From NCBI GenBank assembly GCA_964431645.1, contig CAYSKP010000027.1, positions 3,385 to 67,384 of the forward strand: DNA of 64,000 nucleotides, read 5' to 3'. The DNA comes from an uncultured Pirellulales bacterium (lineage in GTDB: Bacteria; Planctomycetota; Phycisphaerae; Sedimentisphaerales; Anaerobacaceae). A model generated the notes under the pieces. The model saw only the letters and a program-made list of their open reading frames with translations. It ran no database searches and was not told where the DNA came from. Position 1 is the stretch's first letter, and every line of letters starts with the position of its first letter. A program made the translations under genes and the position numbers. This document shows, piece after piece, positions 25,267-35,925 of this stretch.

Positions 25267-28200
25267 TTGCACCCAAAAAATCGTTCTATAGAGTTCATCC
25301 TTGAAAAGCAACAAGTAGTTTGCCTAAAAATGGCTCAGAAATCAAGTGGCAATAATAACATGGTTGGGTATAATCTTTCAAAAGCTCCGGCCGGGATGGC
25401 CGCATTGAAAATCATTGAGGATATGGGCGAAAAGACATCAAAACTAATTTTGATTACATTGGTGATGCTGACTGGTATTGCAAAGGCCATTGACAATACC
25501 CAGGCAAGGGCATTCGAGGGGCGGGATGTTCAAATCACATGCGAAAAACTTACATATTATGATGCAAATGGAATAAATCTCAGCATAGCTGAAGGTTCAG
25601 TTTCAATCAGTGCAGGTGCAGATGCATTCACTGGGGAAAACGCAGTTATATGGCTTAACAGAAATAGTCTCATTAGAAAAGTTGATGTATGGTGCTATTT
25701 ATCTGGAAAGATTTGGGCAACTAAACACAAAGGGACGGGAATACCGGGACTTAATTGGGAGTTCATTGACGAAAATCGGGATTTAAAGACATCAAAAAAT
25801 AATGCGTTGATGGTCCATTTTGAAACAAAAGGCGAGATTTTTTTCAATTCAAAGGCAAATGAACGGGCTAATATCCTTGACAGAGAAATTTATAATGAGG
25901 CATATAATTCGGCAGCGAAGGTTTATAAAAACTTCAAAGCTGAATTTGGTTCAGTTGCTCCGGCTCAAATGATTTCACATAAAGAAGTCCAGCAACAGCA
26001 GCAGCCCGCGGCCGCAAAAAAAACAGAACCTCAAAGAAGTGAAGAGGGATTTGGCGGACTGGGGTTTATTGACAGGCTGTTTGGGCCCGCAAAAAAAGCA
26101 AAGCCGATGCCTGAAAATATCCCTCAAAATATAAAAATCCGATATCCGATAAATTTAGCGCCCGCCGGAGAGCAGGAGCCTAATATAGACTGGGGCGGTT
26201 CGGCCGGGCTGGCCGCAGGCGAGCCGGCTAAAGCTGAGCAGTTCGCCACAATAATAGGGCGTTTTTATCTATGGCAAAAACAGAATGAGCAGGGTCTGCT
26301 TTTTGAAATGCAGGCTGATAACGCGGTTGTATTTTATTCGAGTCAGAAAAACAGCTCGGAGGAATACGGAGGAGTAAAGGACATTGGTTCCAAAGGATTG
26401 ATTAAGGCAATTTATGTCAGCGGTGATGTTGTTTTGACTGAGGGTTTACGCACTATACGCGCAGACGAGGTATATTATGATTTTGAGAATAAAAAAGGTT
26501 TGGCCGTAAATGCAGCTATGCGGACCTTCGATATCGAAAGAGGAATACCGATTTATATCCGTGCAGCTAAGATCAGGCAGATAGCAGAAGGTAAATTCGC
26601 GACAGAAAACGTTATAGTGACTACAAGTGAGTTTGCAAAGCCGCAGCTTTCGATGGAGGTATCAAGTATAATTGTTACTGATAGAACAACTGTAGACCAA
26701 GAGGCAGGGCAATTTAATGACAGCAGCTATGATGCACAAATGAAGGACATCCGTCTTAAGGCGGGGGACATGACGATATTTTGCTGGCCTTCATTAAGGA
26801 GTAATCTGGAAAGGCCTGATGTGCCGTTCAAGAGCTTGCGTATCGGCAATGACAGCATCTGGGGAACGACAGTTGAAACTCGCTGGTTTTTGTCTCGTCT
26901 GCTTGGTTTGCGCGAACCCGAAGGAACAGACGGCACATTCAATTTGGATTACTTCAGCAAACGCGGCTTTGGAACGGGAATTGATTTGGATTACAAGCGG
27001 GAAGACCGATTCGGCACAATAACAGGATATTTAGCGCATGACCATGGAGAAGACCGGCTTGGAAGAGTTGATTTCAGGAAAGACCTGGAGCCGCCGAGGG
27101 ATTTACGAGGAATATTCGCCTGGGAACACAGGGAATTTATGCCTTATAACTGGCAATTGAGCACCGGTATAGATTATGAATCTGATGAAAATTTTCTCGA
27201 AAGTTACCGCAGGCATGAATATAACACGGGCTTTAACCGTGAGACTTATCTTCATCTAAAGAGGATTGAGGATAACTGGGGAATCGCAATATTAGGCAAG
27301 GGACGGATTAATGATTTTGCAGATGAACTGGAAGAAATCCCTACAGGCGAATACCATCTTACAGGTCAATCTATTTGTGACGACAAGATGACATTATACA
27401 GCGACACATACGGAGGAAGATACAGGCAGCGGATAGGCAATGATCATGATACGATAATAAATGAAGATAATTTTGCATTCGTAAATCACAGAACAGAACT
27501 TGACGTGCCGTTAACGATTTACTCGGTGAAGACAGTGTCATTCGCGGCAGGCACATTCGGTTACGATGACAGGAGCGGATTTAATAGACGCCTTGTGGAT
27601 GGCGGCAATGAAGGCCGATTTAATGAGGAAGCTGTGGGAATCGGCGAAGTTGGAACCAGAGCGTCTACAGATTTTTGGAAAATATATCCAAAAGCAAAAA
27701 GCCGGTTATTCGATCTCAACGGATTGCGTCATATTATAACACCATCTGCTGCAGCATCTATCTATGCGGAAAGTGACCCAACTGTCGAGCAGCATAATGC
27801 ATTAAGGACAGAAATAACACAAAGATTGCAGACAAAACGCGGAACCGATGATCGCATAGTAGACTGGATGCGACTTAATGTCGGAGCAACATGGTTTGAG
27901 GAAAATGAAAAGAGATCGCCAGACTCGGGACCTTACAGATTCCTATGGAATAACCCGATGACCCCTTTGCGAACGATAGCTATGCCGGGAATACTTAATG
28001 GCGATCTTGGTCAAGGATTGAAGAAATTCGAGCAATACGGCCCGGTCAGGGACTATTTAGATGCAGAATATATGTGGCAGATAAATGATATGACGGCTTT
28101 ATTGAGCGATGTATATTATGATATTCACGAAGGGACAATTGAGCAGCTCGATATAGGGTTTTCGCGGATGAGGTGGCCGGATTTGAGCTTTTATATAGGA

Positions 28201-28509
28201 AGCAGGTATTTGCGCAACACGCAGATATTGGATGAGCATGGCACAAACGCTTTTGTGTTTACCGCGAGTTATAATATAGATGAGAGATACACACTTGTGT
28301 TTTCACAGCAGTATGATTTCGATTATGGGGCAAATGTCGAAAGCGAACTGACTTTAATCAGGCGTTATCATCGGATATTCTGGTCATTTACATTGAGCAC
28401 AGATGCGTCTCTCGACAGGCAGTCGGTTGTGTTTAATCTCTGGCCGGAAGGCGCGCCGGAATTAGCCGGCAGCAGATATTCAGGCCTTACGGGACCCGGT
28501 GGATATTAA
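25267..28509 (+). CDS. Large outer-membrane protein, LptD/OstA-like
   Basis: N-terminal OstA-like beta-jellyroll pattern (VQITCEKLTYYDANG...AEGSVSISAGADAFTGENAVIWLN). This is followed by a low-complexity linker and a large region with beta-barrel-like (aromatic-rich) composition. The start is uncertain (TTG 25267, or ATG at 25330 or 25423). Confidence 0.5.
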   Translation: MHPKNRSIEFILEKQQVVCLKMAQKSSGNNNMVGYNLSKAPAGMAALKIIEDMGEKTSKLILITLVMLTGIAKAIDNTQARAFEGRDVQITCEKLTYYDANGINLSIAEGSVSISAGADAFTGENAVIWLNRNSLIRKVDVWCYLSGKIWATKHKGTGIPGLNWEFIDENRDLKTSKNNALMVHFETKGEIFFNSKANERANILDREIYNEAYNSAAKVYKNFKAEFGSVAPAQMISHKEVQQQQQPAAAKKTEPQRSEEGFGGLGFIDRLFGPAKKAKPMPENIPQNIKIRYPINLAPAGEQEPNIDWGGSAGLAAGEPAKAEQFATIIGRFYLWQKQNEQGLLFEMQADNAVVFYSSQKNSSEEYGGVKDIGSKGLIKAIYVSGDVVLTEGLRTIRADEVYYDFENKKGLAVNAAMRTFDIERGIPIYIRAAKIRQIAEGKFATENVIVTTSEFAKPQLSMEVSSIIVTDRTTVDQEAGQFNDSSYDAQMKDIRLKAGDMTIFCWPSLRSNLERPDVPFKSLRIGNDSIWGTTVETRWFLSRLLGLREPEGTDGTFNLDYFSKRGFGTGIDLDYKREDRFGTITGYLAHDHGEDRLGRVDFRKDLEPPRDLRGIFAWEHREFMPYNWQLSTGIDYESDENFLESYRRHEYNTGFNRETYLHLKRIEDNWGIAILGKGRINDFADELEEIPTGEYHLTGQSICDDKMTLYSDTYGGRYRQRIGNDHDTIINEDNFAFVNHRTELDVPLTIYSVKTVSFAAGTFGYDDRSGFNRRLVDGGNEGRFNEEAVGIGEVGTRASTDFWKIYPKAKSRLFDLNGLRHIITPSAAASIYAESDPTVEQHNALRTEITQRLQTKRGTDDRIVDWMRLNVGATWFEENEKRSPDSGPYRFLWNNPMTPLRTIAMPGILNGDLGQGLKKFEQYGPVRDYLDAEYMWQINDMTALLSDVYYDIHEGTIEQLDIGFSRMRWPDLSFYIGSRYLRNTQILDEHGTNAFVFTASYNIDERYTLVFSQQYDFDYGANVESELTLIRRYHRIFWSFTLSTDASLDRQSVVFNLWPEGAPELAGSRYSGLTGPGGY

Positions 28510-28520
28510 ATAATTGCCGC

Positions 28521-29630
28521 TTATTCTTCCTGAGTAACCGGCTCTGAAATTTCATTTACTTCCTCTATCATCGGGCGAGGCTGTTCGAATATATCAGTGG
28601 AGGTCTTTGTCAGGTTTTCGGCACGATAAGAAGGGATTTTGTAAACCCAATTTTTATGGTTTTGCGAAAATTCCTCAGCGGCATCGCGTGCCAGCAGCTT
28701 GGCTTCCTTGATTTTAAGCTGCTCTTCGGTTTCAACTTCACCCTGGGTTTTTGTTATTGGGGTTTTATCTGAAAAATCGGCATCACATTTTAGAAACCAG
28801 TCTTCGCCATCTTGTGCCAGCCAAATCGAATAAATTGTAGTATCCTTTAAACGGCAAAGATATCTCTTATCAAAAATTAAATTTGCTTTAGCAGATTCAG
28901 AGTTAACATCTTCGATGGTGAGGCCTGAAAGCGCGGACAGAACCTTGTTTGCCACATCGATATTGATTTTCTTACCTTCAGGGAGGATTTCATAATAAAC
29001 AGTTTTTTCATCAGGACCAGGGCGCAAGACGTATGTTTCATTGGGACAGCTTACGGTAACGGAGTTAATGTCATCGCGCTGGACATTGGTTAACTGCTGC
29101 GAGATATATTCAATTGACTGTTTTTTAATAGCGGGTATCTGAGCGGAGGCAAGATATACCTTATTATCATCGACTCTCCTGATAAACCCAAGTCCCTGAC
29201 CTTGCTGTTTTTGCCTGCCGATGACGATACCTGTCAATAATGTTGAGTCGGCTTTGTAAAATTTTACAAGAATTCGGGCATCATCTTCAGTAACGCCAAG
29301 ATCTTTATGATTTTGGGAATTTTCTGTATAAAGCTCATTTGTCTGGATGTCGAGGCAGGTTGTTATGAGCTTATTTATCTCGCTGGTTACGGCCGGATAG
29401 TTATTGAGATTGGCTATAACGAAATTTGCGCCGCGGCGATTAAAAATAACTTCTTCGCCGGGTTTTCCTATTGTAATTTTCGCGATTTGGTCAGGGTCAA
29501 GACCCTGTATGAGATAAGCAATCTGTGATTTTTTAGCGTAAGGTTTGTCCGCGAGCTGTGCCATAATAACGGCAAGGACAATAGATGCAGCGGCCAAAAC
29601 AACCAATAAAGATAAATTCCGATTACTCAT
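28521..29630 (-). CDS. DUF4340-like membrane-anchored protein, accessory to the GldG-type ABC system
   Basis: N-terminal TM anchor. It sits directly downstream of the GldG-like gene, which is the usual DUF4340 context. Confidence 0.6.
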   Translation of the reverse strand: MSNRNLSLLVVLAAASIVLAVIMAQLADKPYAKKSQIAYLIQGLDPDQIAKITIGKPGEEVIFNRRGANFVIANLNNYPAVTSEINKLITTCLDIQTNELYTENSQNHKDLGVTEDDARILVKFYKADSTLLTGIVIGRQKQQGQGLGFIRRVDDNKVYLASAQIPAIKKQSIEYISQQLTNVQRDDINSVTVSCPNETYVLRPGPDEKTVYYEILPEGKKINIDVANKVLSALSGLTIEDVNSESAKANLIFDKRYLCRLKDTTIYSIWLAQDGEDWFLKCDADFSDKTPITKTQGEVETEEQLKIKEAKLLARDAAEEFSQNHKNWVYKIPSYRAENLTKTSTDIFEQPRPMIEEVNEISEPVTQEE

Positions 29631-29656
29631 ATTTGACTCCAGTTCATTATGAGAAG

Positions 29657-31630
29657 TTATGCGTCACTTGCGTGACTTATATAATGTCTTTTCATTACGC
29701 CGCGTCTTAAACCAAGGCCTATAGAGATTAGCAATACGACTGCGGGTGCGGCCAGCATATTGAATGCACGAAGTTTGTTGCCTAATGTCTCTATCTGCTG
29801 GCGTTTTTGCATTTTTACTTCGCGCAATTGCTGGCGGGCCTTTAACTTTTTAAGCTCGAGGTCTTTTGTCTTCTGTGCAAGGGTGCTGCCGATTACCTGT
29901 TTTTCCTTTTCATTTGCGGAAGTTACAAGTTTTTTCAATTCAGTTTCAAAGCCCATGATTTCGGCATTAATTTTGGCAACCTGGTCTGCGGTTTGGGCCT
30001 CGGCTTTTTCCTCAATCTGGTCAACAACAGTAAACGGCCTCTGGAAATTACCGCGGGACCTGATTGAGATAAGGTCGGTAGAGCCGGACAGGTCATCGAT
30101 GGTATTCATCAACAAAGCGCTATTGTCACCGACGACTATATTGCCGAAGAGCTGGTTTCTATAGTAAGCAAGAGAATTTGATAAAAAGTCAACATCCGCG
30201 TAAACGGCCACGGCACAATTTTCCTTTGCCTCAGTAATGCCTGTTACCTGTGTTTTTATTTTCGGGGCGTTTGGGTCATCCTCCGGCGGTTCAGACACAA
30301 GCACAATACCATCAGGGAAGGCACTTTTAAATTTACCAGTCAGCAGATAGCCCATAGTTACAGGTTTTGTGCCCTCTGAAAATTTCTTCATAAGAGATTG
30401 AGGGTCGAGCATCTGCAAATCGAACGGGCTATCGACTCTGAAGGAGTTGCCTTTTGCGGTAGTCATAAGAAGAGGAGTCCGCTCGATTTTATTTTCATTA
30501 TTGGAATCAGCAGGTAAAGGCAGTTCGTTAAGAATACCCGCAAACCATACGCGGACACTGTTGAGCTGAGCCGTAATTACGTTATTTCGGTTAAAGCTGG
30601 CAGGTGCCGCAAGATTAAGGAAGGCGATGATTTTTTCCATCGAGGGGCTGCCCGCCATCTGGGTGCCGGGGGCCAATTGTCTATCTCCTGCAAACGTAAG
30701 CTCAGGCATATCGAGTCCCCAGTTGTTTAGAAATCTTTTCAGGTTCGAACTTTGAGACACCTTTTCGGACTGCATCATCGCCATTTGACTTTGCTGCTGG
30801 TCAGCATAGCAATACGGGTCGATGCAGATGATAGTCCTGCCGCCTTTTAGTATAAACTGGTCTATCGCGAAAACAGTCTGAGCCGGGAAATCTTTGGGAT
30901 GAATTACAAGAAGGACATCGATATTGTTGATATCGTTTGTATCTGCCGGAATACTTTTTACATCATATTTTTGCTTGAGGTGCTCGATTATGGTCCACGC
31001 CATTTTGGGTTCCTGACCCTGCATAATCATCATTTGAGCCATATAATCGCTTGATTCGCCCATTACCGGAAGCGAGCTCAGGACGCCGATATTTTTTTTC
31101 TGGCGTGTCATCACCGTATCGATAAGAGAGCTTATATCATATTCGATGAAATTCTGGCGGTCGGGTGAAAAGAAGGGAATCGATTTTTCCGCACCGAACT
31201 GTGTCTGGACGACAAGTCCAAAGACGAAATTTTCTTCTTCAGTTATCGGGAATTTTTTCAGGCCGCTGCGCGTGGCTTCGAGCTCGTCATCCGAGAAAGG
31301 CCTTGGATCGATTATCTCAAGATTGACCATTCCTTTGGAGGCGGCTGCATATTCATCGAGCAGGGCCTTAATGAATTCATAGTAGTTATTAAAATATTTA
31401 ATCTGGTCGGGACCCTTCATGGAGGCAGTTTTAGCGTAATAAAGCTTGAGCTTAACAGGCTGATTCAGTTTGCCCAGAATCGATTTTGTTCCCGGGGATA
31501 ACGTATAAAGCTTCAGGCCAGTGACATCAATTTTAAGCCGCTTGCCTATATTCTGGCATATGCTTATGAAGCTAAACGTAATCAAGAAAACTAAAATGAC
31601 AGCCAATATTATTTTAATTGTTTTATTCAT
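29657..31630 (-). CDS. GldG-like ABC-transporter auxiliary component
   Basis: N- and C-terminal TM anchors around a large periplasmic domain, with a coiled-coil near the C-terminus. Its position after the ABC-2 permease is the typical GldA/F/G-like layout. Confidence 0.7.
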   Translation of the reverse strand: MNKTIKIILAVILVFLITFSFISICQNIGKRLKIDVTGLKLYTLSPGTKSILGKLNQPVKLKLYYAKTASMKGPDQIKYFNNYYEFIKALLDEYAAASKGMVNLEIIDPRPFSDDELEATRSGLKKFPITEEENFVFGLVVQTQFGAEKSIPFFSPDRQNFIEYDISSLIDTVMTRQKKNIGVLSSLPVMGESSDYMAQMMIMQGQEPKMAWTIIEHLKQKYDVKSIPADTNDINNIDVLLVIHPKDFPAQTVFAIDQFILKGGRTIICIDPYCYADQQQSQMAMMQSEKVSQSSNLKRFLNNWGLDMPELTFAGDRQLAPGTQMAGSPSMEKIIAFLNLAAPASFNRNNVITAQLNSVRVWFAGILNELPLPADSNNENKIERTPLLMTTAKGNSFRVDSPFDLQMLDPQSLMKKFSEGTKPVTMGYLLTGKFKSAFPDGIVLVSEPPEDDPNAPKIKTQVTGITEAKENCAVAVYADVDFLSNSLAYYRNQLFGNIVVGDNSALLMNTIDDLSGSTDLISIRSRGNFQRPFTVVDQIEEKAEAQTADQVAKINAEIMGFETELKKLVTSANEKEKQVIGSTLAQKTKDLELKKLKARQQLREVKMQKRQQIETLGNKLRAFNMLAAPAVVLLISIGLGLRRGVMKRHYISHASDA

Positions 31631-32361
31631 TAGCCCGCCTTCCTTTCTTCAAGAACAACTGTGCAGGCAGCAATCCAGCCGATAATCAACAGCAAAAAAT
31701 ATGTAACATCCTTGAACTCAAGGACGCCTTTTTGAATCGATGTAAAATGACTTTCGAAACTCATATTTCCAATCGCCGCAACCAGACCCACAGGCAGGAA
31801 CGTCGAAAGATAATTCATAGTCGTAGGTACCCCTGCAAAAATCAAAACGGCACAGGCAACAACAGAAAGCACAAAGCTTATTACCTGGTTTTTGCTTAGA
31901 GCCGAAAAGAAACAGCCGACCGCCAGAAAGCCGCCGGCCATAAGGATGCTTCCTAAATAACTGGTTATTATTAATCCTATATCAGGATTGCCCAGATAGA
32001 AAACAGTGATAATCATCGGGAAGGTCAAAAAAAGTGCTATTACAAGGAAGAACCAGGCGGCGAAAAATTTACCGAGCACCGCTTGTGTAACAGTTATTGG
32101 CAGTGTAAAGAGAAGCTCAATCGAACCGGTTTTGCGTTCTTCGGCCCAGAGCCTCATAGCTGTGGCCGGAACAAGGAAGGCGAATAACAAAGGCATATTT
32201 ACGAAGAAGGCAGTCATGTCTGCCTGGCGAATCTCAAAGAAGCCGTTTTTAAATGTCATATAGCCGGAGAAGAAAAGAAAAACCACAAGAAAGACATAAG
32301 CGATAGGCGTGGTGAAATATGACTTTAGTTCTCTTTTGAATACTGCTTTAAAACCGCTCAT
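31630..32361 (-). CDS. ABC-2 type transporter permease (GldF-like)
   Basis: 243 aa with six predicted TM helices. It overlaps the GldG-like start by 1 nt. Confidence 0.75.
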   Translation of the reverse strand: MSGFKAVFKRELKSYFTTPIAYVFLVVFLFFSGYMTFKNGFFEIRQADMTAFFVNMPLLFAFLVPATAMRLWAEERKTGSIELLFTLPITVTQAVLGKFFAAWFFLVIALFLTFPMIITVFYLGNPDIGLIITSYLGSILMAGGFLAVGCFFSALSKNQVISFVLSVVACAVLIFAGVPTTMNYLSTFLPVGLVAAIGNMSFESHFTSIQKGVLEFKDVTYFLLLIIGWIAACTVVLEERKAG

Positions 32362-32388
32362 ATTTTACTCCAATTATTTTTGATGTTT

Positions 32389-33108
32389 TCAGGCAACTTT
32401 AGTTCTTGTGATTTTTCTAAATACCTCATCGAGCGAGCAGCCGTATTTTTTCTGCAGTTCGGCCGGTGTTGAATCGATGATGATTTTGCCTTTTGAGATG
32501 ATTATGGTCCTGCTGCATACGGCCTCGACTTCTTCGAGGATATGAGTTGAGACGATGATACATTTTTCTTTTGCCATTTTACTGATGAGCTGGCGGACCT
32601 CATGTTTCTGGTTCGGGTCAAGGCCGTCTGTCGGTTCATCAAGTATAAGCACCTGCGGGTCATGAATAAGTGCCTGCGCAAGACCTACGCGGCGGCGGTA
32701 TCCTTTTGAAAGTGTGTCGATGGCCTGATGGTAAACCGAGTCTATTGAGCACATGGGGACCACACGGTCAAGGGATTTTTTTCGTTCACTTTCTTTGATT
32801 TGGCGGGCGTCGCAGATGAAGTTTAAAAAACTGCCGACGGTCATTTCATTGTATGCAGGAACATTTTCAGCGAGATACCCGATGGATTTTCTGACTTCGA
32901 GGGGGTTTCTCAGGATATCATAGCCGCAAACCGATGCAGTGCCGCTATCAGGACGTAAATAACAGGCAAGCATTCTCATTACAGTGCTTTTGCCCGCGCC
33001 ATTTGGACCAAGAAAGCCCAGCACTTCGCCTTTTTGGACATCAAAGGATACACCGTCAACCGCGACAATCGGCCCGAAACTGCGTCTTAAATCTTTTATA
33101 CTTATCAT
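32389..33108 (-). CDS. ABC transporter ATP-binding protein (GldA-like)
   Basis: Walker A GPNGAGKST, signature LSKGYRRR and Walker B ILDEPTDGLD. An AGGAG RBS precedes the ATG at 33108. Confidence 0.9.
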   Translation of the reverse strand: MISIKDLRRSFGPIVAVDGVSFDVQKGEVLGFLGPNGAGKSTVMRMLACYLRPDSGTASVCGYDILRNPLEVRKSIGYLAENVPAYNEMTVGSFLNFICDARQIKESERKKSLDRVVPMCSIDSVYHQAIDTLSKGYRRRVGLAQALIHDPQVLILDEPTDGLDPNQKHEVRQLISKMAKEKCIIVSTHILEEVEAVCSRTIIISKGKIIIDSTPAELQKKYGCSLDEVFRKITRTKVA

Positions 33109-33348
33109 TTTTTCTCCTAAGAGTACTTTCATAGCCCTTAAAACCCGCGATTTCAATACTGATAATGCGGTCGCGCAGGTTATGAAATGACTTCTAATAC
33201 AACTATCTATATCGTCAAAAAAGCCATTATTTGTTCAGCGTTTCGAATCCTAAAAAATTTCGAGGATTAAAGCGTAATAGCTGTTCACATCAAGCTTTAT
33301 GGCTATACGCGGGACATAATCAAAGGTTCTTAAATATACTTTTTGTGA

Positions 33349-34155
33349 TTAAATGATTTCAGCGGTATTTTGGACAATCCATCCGTCGCTGCCGTCAGCG
33401 AGTTTTATATGAAACCATCCCGGCCGGCGTTCCATCAAATCAAATTCAGTGCCGGTATGAAGCGGGGCCTTGAAACTGGTTGGGTAATTTGTGCCGTCAC
33501 CCTGATATGCCGCCACCTGGTCAGCAATTATAACACCTGAGAGGTTTACAGTTCTGGAATATTGTTCGATAGAAAGCGAGCCGATAAAACATAAAAATAA
33601 AATAGCTGCAATACAGGTTATGAAAGTCAGTGATGTCCTGCGGCCGAACCAAATCATATAGGCCAAAGAAAAGCAGAAAACAGCAAAACAAATGAATGAC
33701 AAGATAAATTTTGCCTTCATTGAAAGGCCATAATGCCAAAAAAGGAGCGTCTGCAGAACCTGCTTTTCTGTCTTTATTTCAATTTTATCCATTCTCCTGC
33801 TGCGGGCAAAAGTAAGATTTTTCTCAATTTCTGAATTCGATTTATCGAGATTCTCTGCCCGTCTGTAGTTCAGTATGGCATTTCCGATATCGCCTTTGAG
33901 CAGGTATGCGTTAGCAAGATTGCAGTAGAGCTTCGGATTTTTTACATTACCTTCATGAATAATTTTTTCATATCCGAGAACTGCTTTTTCATAAAGGGAA
34001 TTTGCTTTATCGGTATCATTTCCTGCGGAGTTGGCTTGTCTGAAACTATCATTGGCCTGGTTAAAGATAGAATCCAATTGGTCTTGGGGCAATTTGGCTG
34101 AACCTGATGCGGCCGCTATTAAGAAGAAAAACGAAGATAATAACCTTGTAATCAT
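33349..34155 (-). CDS. batE: BatE-like TPR/SH3b protein
   Basis: Signal sequence, TPR repeats, TM helices and a C-terminal SH3b-like segment (GWFHIKLADGSDGWI). It is the last gene of the Bat operon. Confidence 0.65.
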   Translation of the reverse strand: MITRLLSSFFFLIAAASGSAKLPQDQLDSIFNQANDSFRQANSAGNDTDKANSLYEKAVLGYEKIIHEGNVKNPKLYCNLANAYLLKGDIGNAILNYRRAENLDKSNSEIEKNLTFARSRRMDKIEIKTEKQVLQTLLFWHYGLSMKAKFILSFICFAVFCFSLAYMIWFGRRTSLTFITCIAAILFLCFIGSLSIEQYSRTVNLSGVIIADQVAAYQGDGTNYPTSFKAPLHTGTEFDLMERRPGWFHIKLADGSDGWIVQNTAEII

Positions 34156-35924
34156 AATTTTGATTTTTTATCAATGGTCCTGATTAACTGAGAAACATTA
34201 TTAATTGTTTCATTATCAAATTGTCTGGTGACGGAAGAATAACGCGATGCCTCACAATCGCTGATAATGTCCCTGAACTGATTAGCCGATTGGCAATCCT
34301 CTGTGCTGGAAATTATCACCTGTCGGCAATCCTCGGCCGTAAGGGAACCGGCAACCTTATCAAAACGCTGACCGATATACTGCTTCATCAGTTCGGCCAA
34401 AAGTTCAGGATGATTTTGAATTTGTAGCTCCATATTCTTTAATTGTTTTATGGCATTGGCGGCGGCACTGCGTCTGCGTTTACGTGCTGCCATTTCGGGA
34501 TTAGTTTGCACAATAGATTTGGCGAGAAAAGTTGTAAGCAGGATAGCTATAGGAGCGAGCCAGCCTGCTAAATAAATGGGAGTCGTAATTGCTGCCATTA
34601 ATGAGAATCCCGTATTTGTGAGGCAATCAGGCCCTTCATAATTTGCGCTTATACCTTTTTTAACAGCTTCCACTTCTTTTGAAACAGGTGAAAAATCCCT
34701 GCCCTCTACATCGGCTGTTGTAAGTATCCTTGCAGGTGAGACCTCGAGCTTTATCGGGTCAGTTTTTGCGGTGACATATTGACCTTTTTCCGCATCGAAA
34801 TAAGAAAGCGGGATAGATGGTATTTCAGTAATTTTATCATTGGCAGGCCTTATTGTCTGGGTAAAGACTTTAAGACCATTTTCGACTGCAGGTGGTGATT
34901 TCTGCGAAGGCATTTTGAAATTTTCAGTTAATCCGCTGATTTGTTCTAATTCGGGCCATTGAATGGGCTTTAGATAATCGCCTCCTATTTTAATTGTAAG
35001 AGTAATCGGGTCCCCTACGCTAACTTTAGCAGGGCTTGCGGCGGCGGAAATCATATAACGGCCGACCAGGCCATAGAAACCAGGGGGTTTATCCTGCCCA
35101 GGCAGGGGCAGAACGGATAATTTCAGCGGCACAGCGCTGACTAAGAATCGTTTGTACTGAACGCTGCTGCCGAAAAAATTATCGAACGGGTCTCTTGAAC
35201 GGGTACGTCCAACAGCAACATCAGCGGAAACCGAAGGTGTCCCCAAATTAATTTCACCATCGTGCTTTGGAATCAAAACTTTGCTGTATGTCAAAAGTAC
35301 CGCATCTCTGTTTTTTCGATTGATTCGGTATTGCTTTGTTGCTTCATTATCTTCAACGAAGAATTCATCGCTTGTAAGGGCAGGTATATTAATCTGGTAA
35401 TCGCCGATGTTCGAATAGACATAAAATTTTACAGTCATTATTATCGGCTGGCCGGCATAGCATTTATCTTTTGAAAGCGTCACCTCGAGTTCAATCTGGT
35501 CGGTTGTGCCGGGTTGAGCGATTGTCAGCACGACCTCGTTAGTTTGGAATTGTGTGCCATTAACAGTCACGTTTACTGCGGGTATATGCATTGGGCCGGG
35601 CTGATTTAATGCCGTAAGGGTATAATTCATTATGTATTGCTTCACCACAGTTGTCGTGGTTCTGCCGTTAACAATGCTTATGGATGTTTGAGAATTATTA
35701 CCGCCTCCGCCGCTTCGTGGGTTAAATTTTGCAAGCGGCGATATATCTATCTGGCCGGGCTGATCATGGCCATCTATAATTATCTGGTATGTAAACTGGT
35801 CGCCTGCATAAATATCCCGAGAGGTATCCACAGAGGCAAGCACACGAATATCTGCGGCTTTTGCATCAATAGATGCAAATACCAAAATTACTAATCCAAC
35901 GATGTAAAACAAATGTTTAGTCAT
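34152..35924 (-). CDS. batD: BatD-like protein (oxygen tolerance)
   Basis: Signal peptide, repeated beta-rich domains and a C-terminal TM helix with a cytoplasmic tail. Position and size fit BatD. Confidence 0.65.
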   Translation of the reverse strand: MTKHLFYIVGLVILVFASIDAKAADIRVLASVDTSRDIYAGDQFTYQIIIDGHDQPGQIDISPLAKFNPRSGGGGNNSQTSISIVNGRTTTTVVKQYIMNYTLTALNQPGPMHIPAVNVTVNGTQFQTNEVVLTIAQPGTTDQIELEVTLSKDKCYAGQPIIMTVKFYVYSNIGDYQINIPALTSDEFFVEDNEATKQYRINRKNRDAVLLTYSKVLIPKHDGEINLGTPSVSADVAVGRTRSRDPFDNFFGSSVQYKRFLVSAVPLKLSVLPLPGQDKPPGFYGLVGRYMISAAASPAKVSVGDPITLTIKIGGDYLKPIQWPELEQISGLTENFKMPSQKSPPAVENGLKVFTQTIRPANDKITEIPSIPLSYFDAEKGQYVTAKTDPIKLEVSPARILTTADVEGRDFSPVSKEVEAVKKGISANYEGPDCLTNTGFSLMAAITTPIYLAGWLAPIAILLTTFLAKSIVQTNPEMAARKRRRSAAANAIKQLKNMELQIQNHPELLAELMKQYIGQRFDKVAGSLTAEDCRQVIISSTEDCQSANQFRDIISDCEASRYSSVTRQFDNETINNVSQLIRTIDKKSKL

Positions 35925-35925
35925 A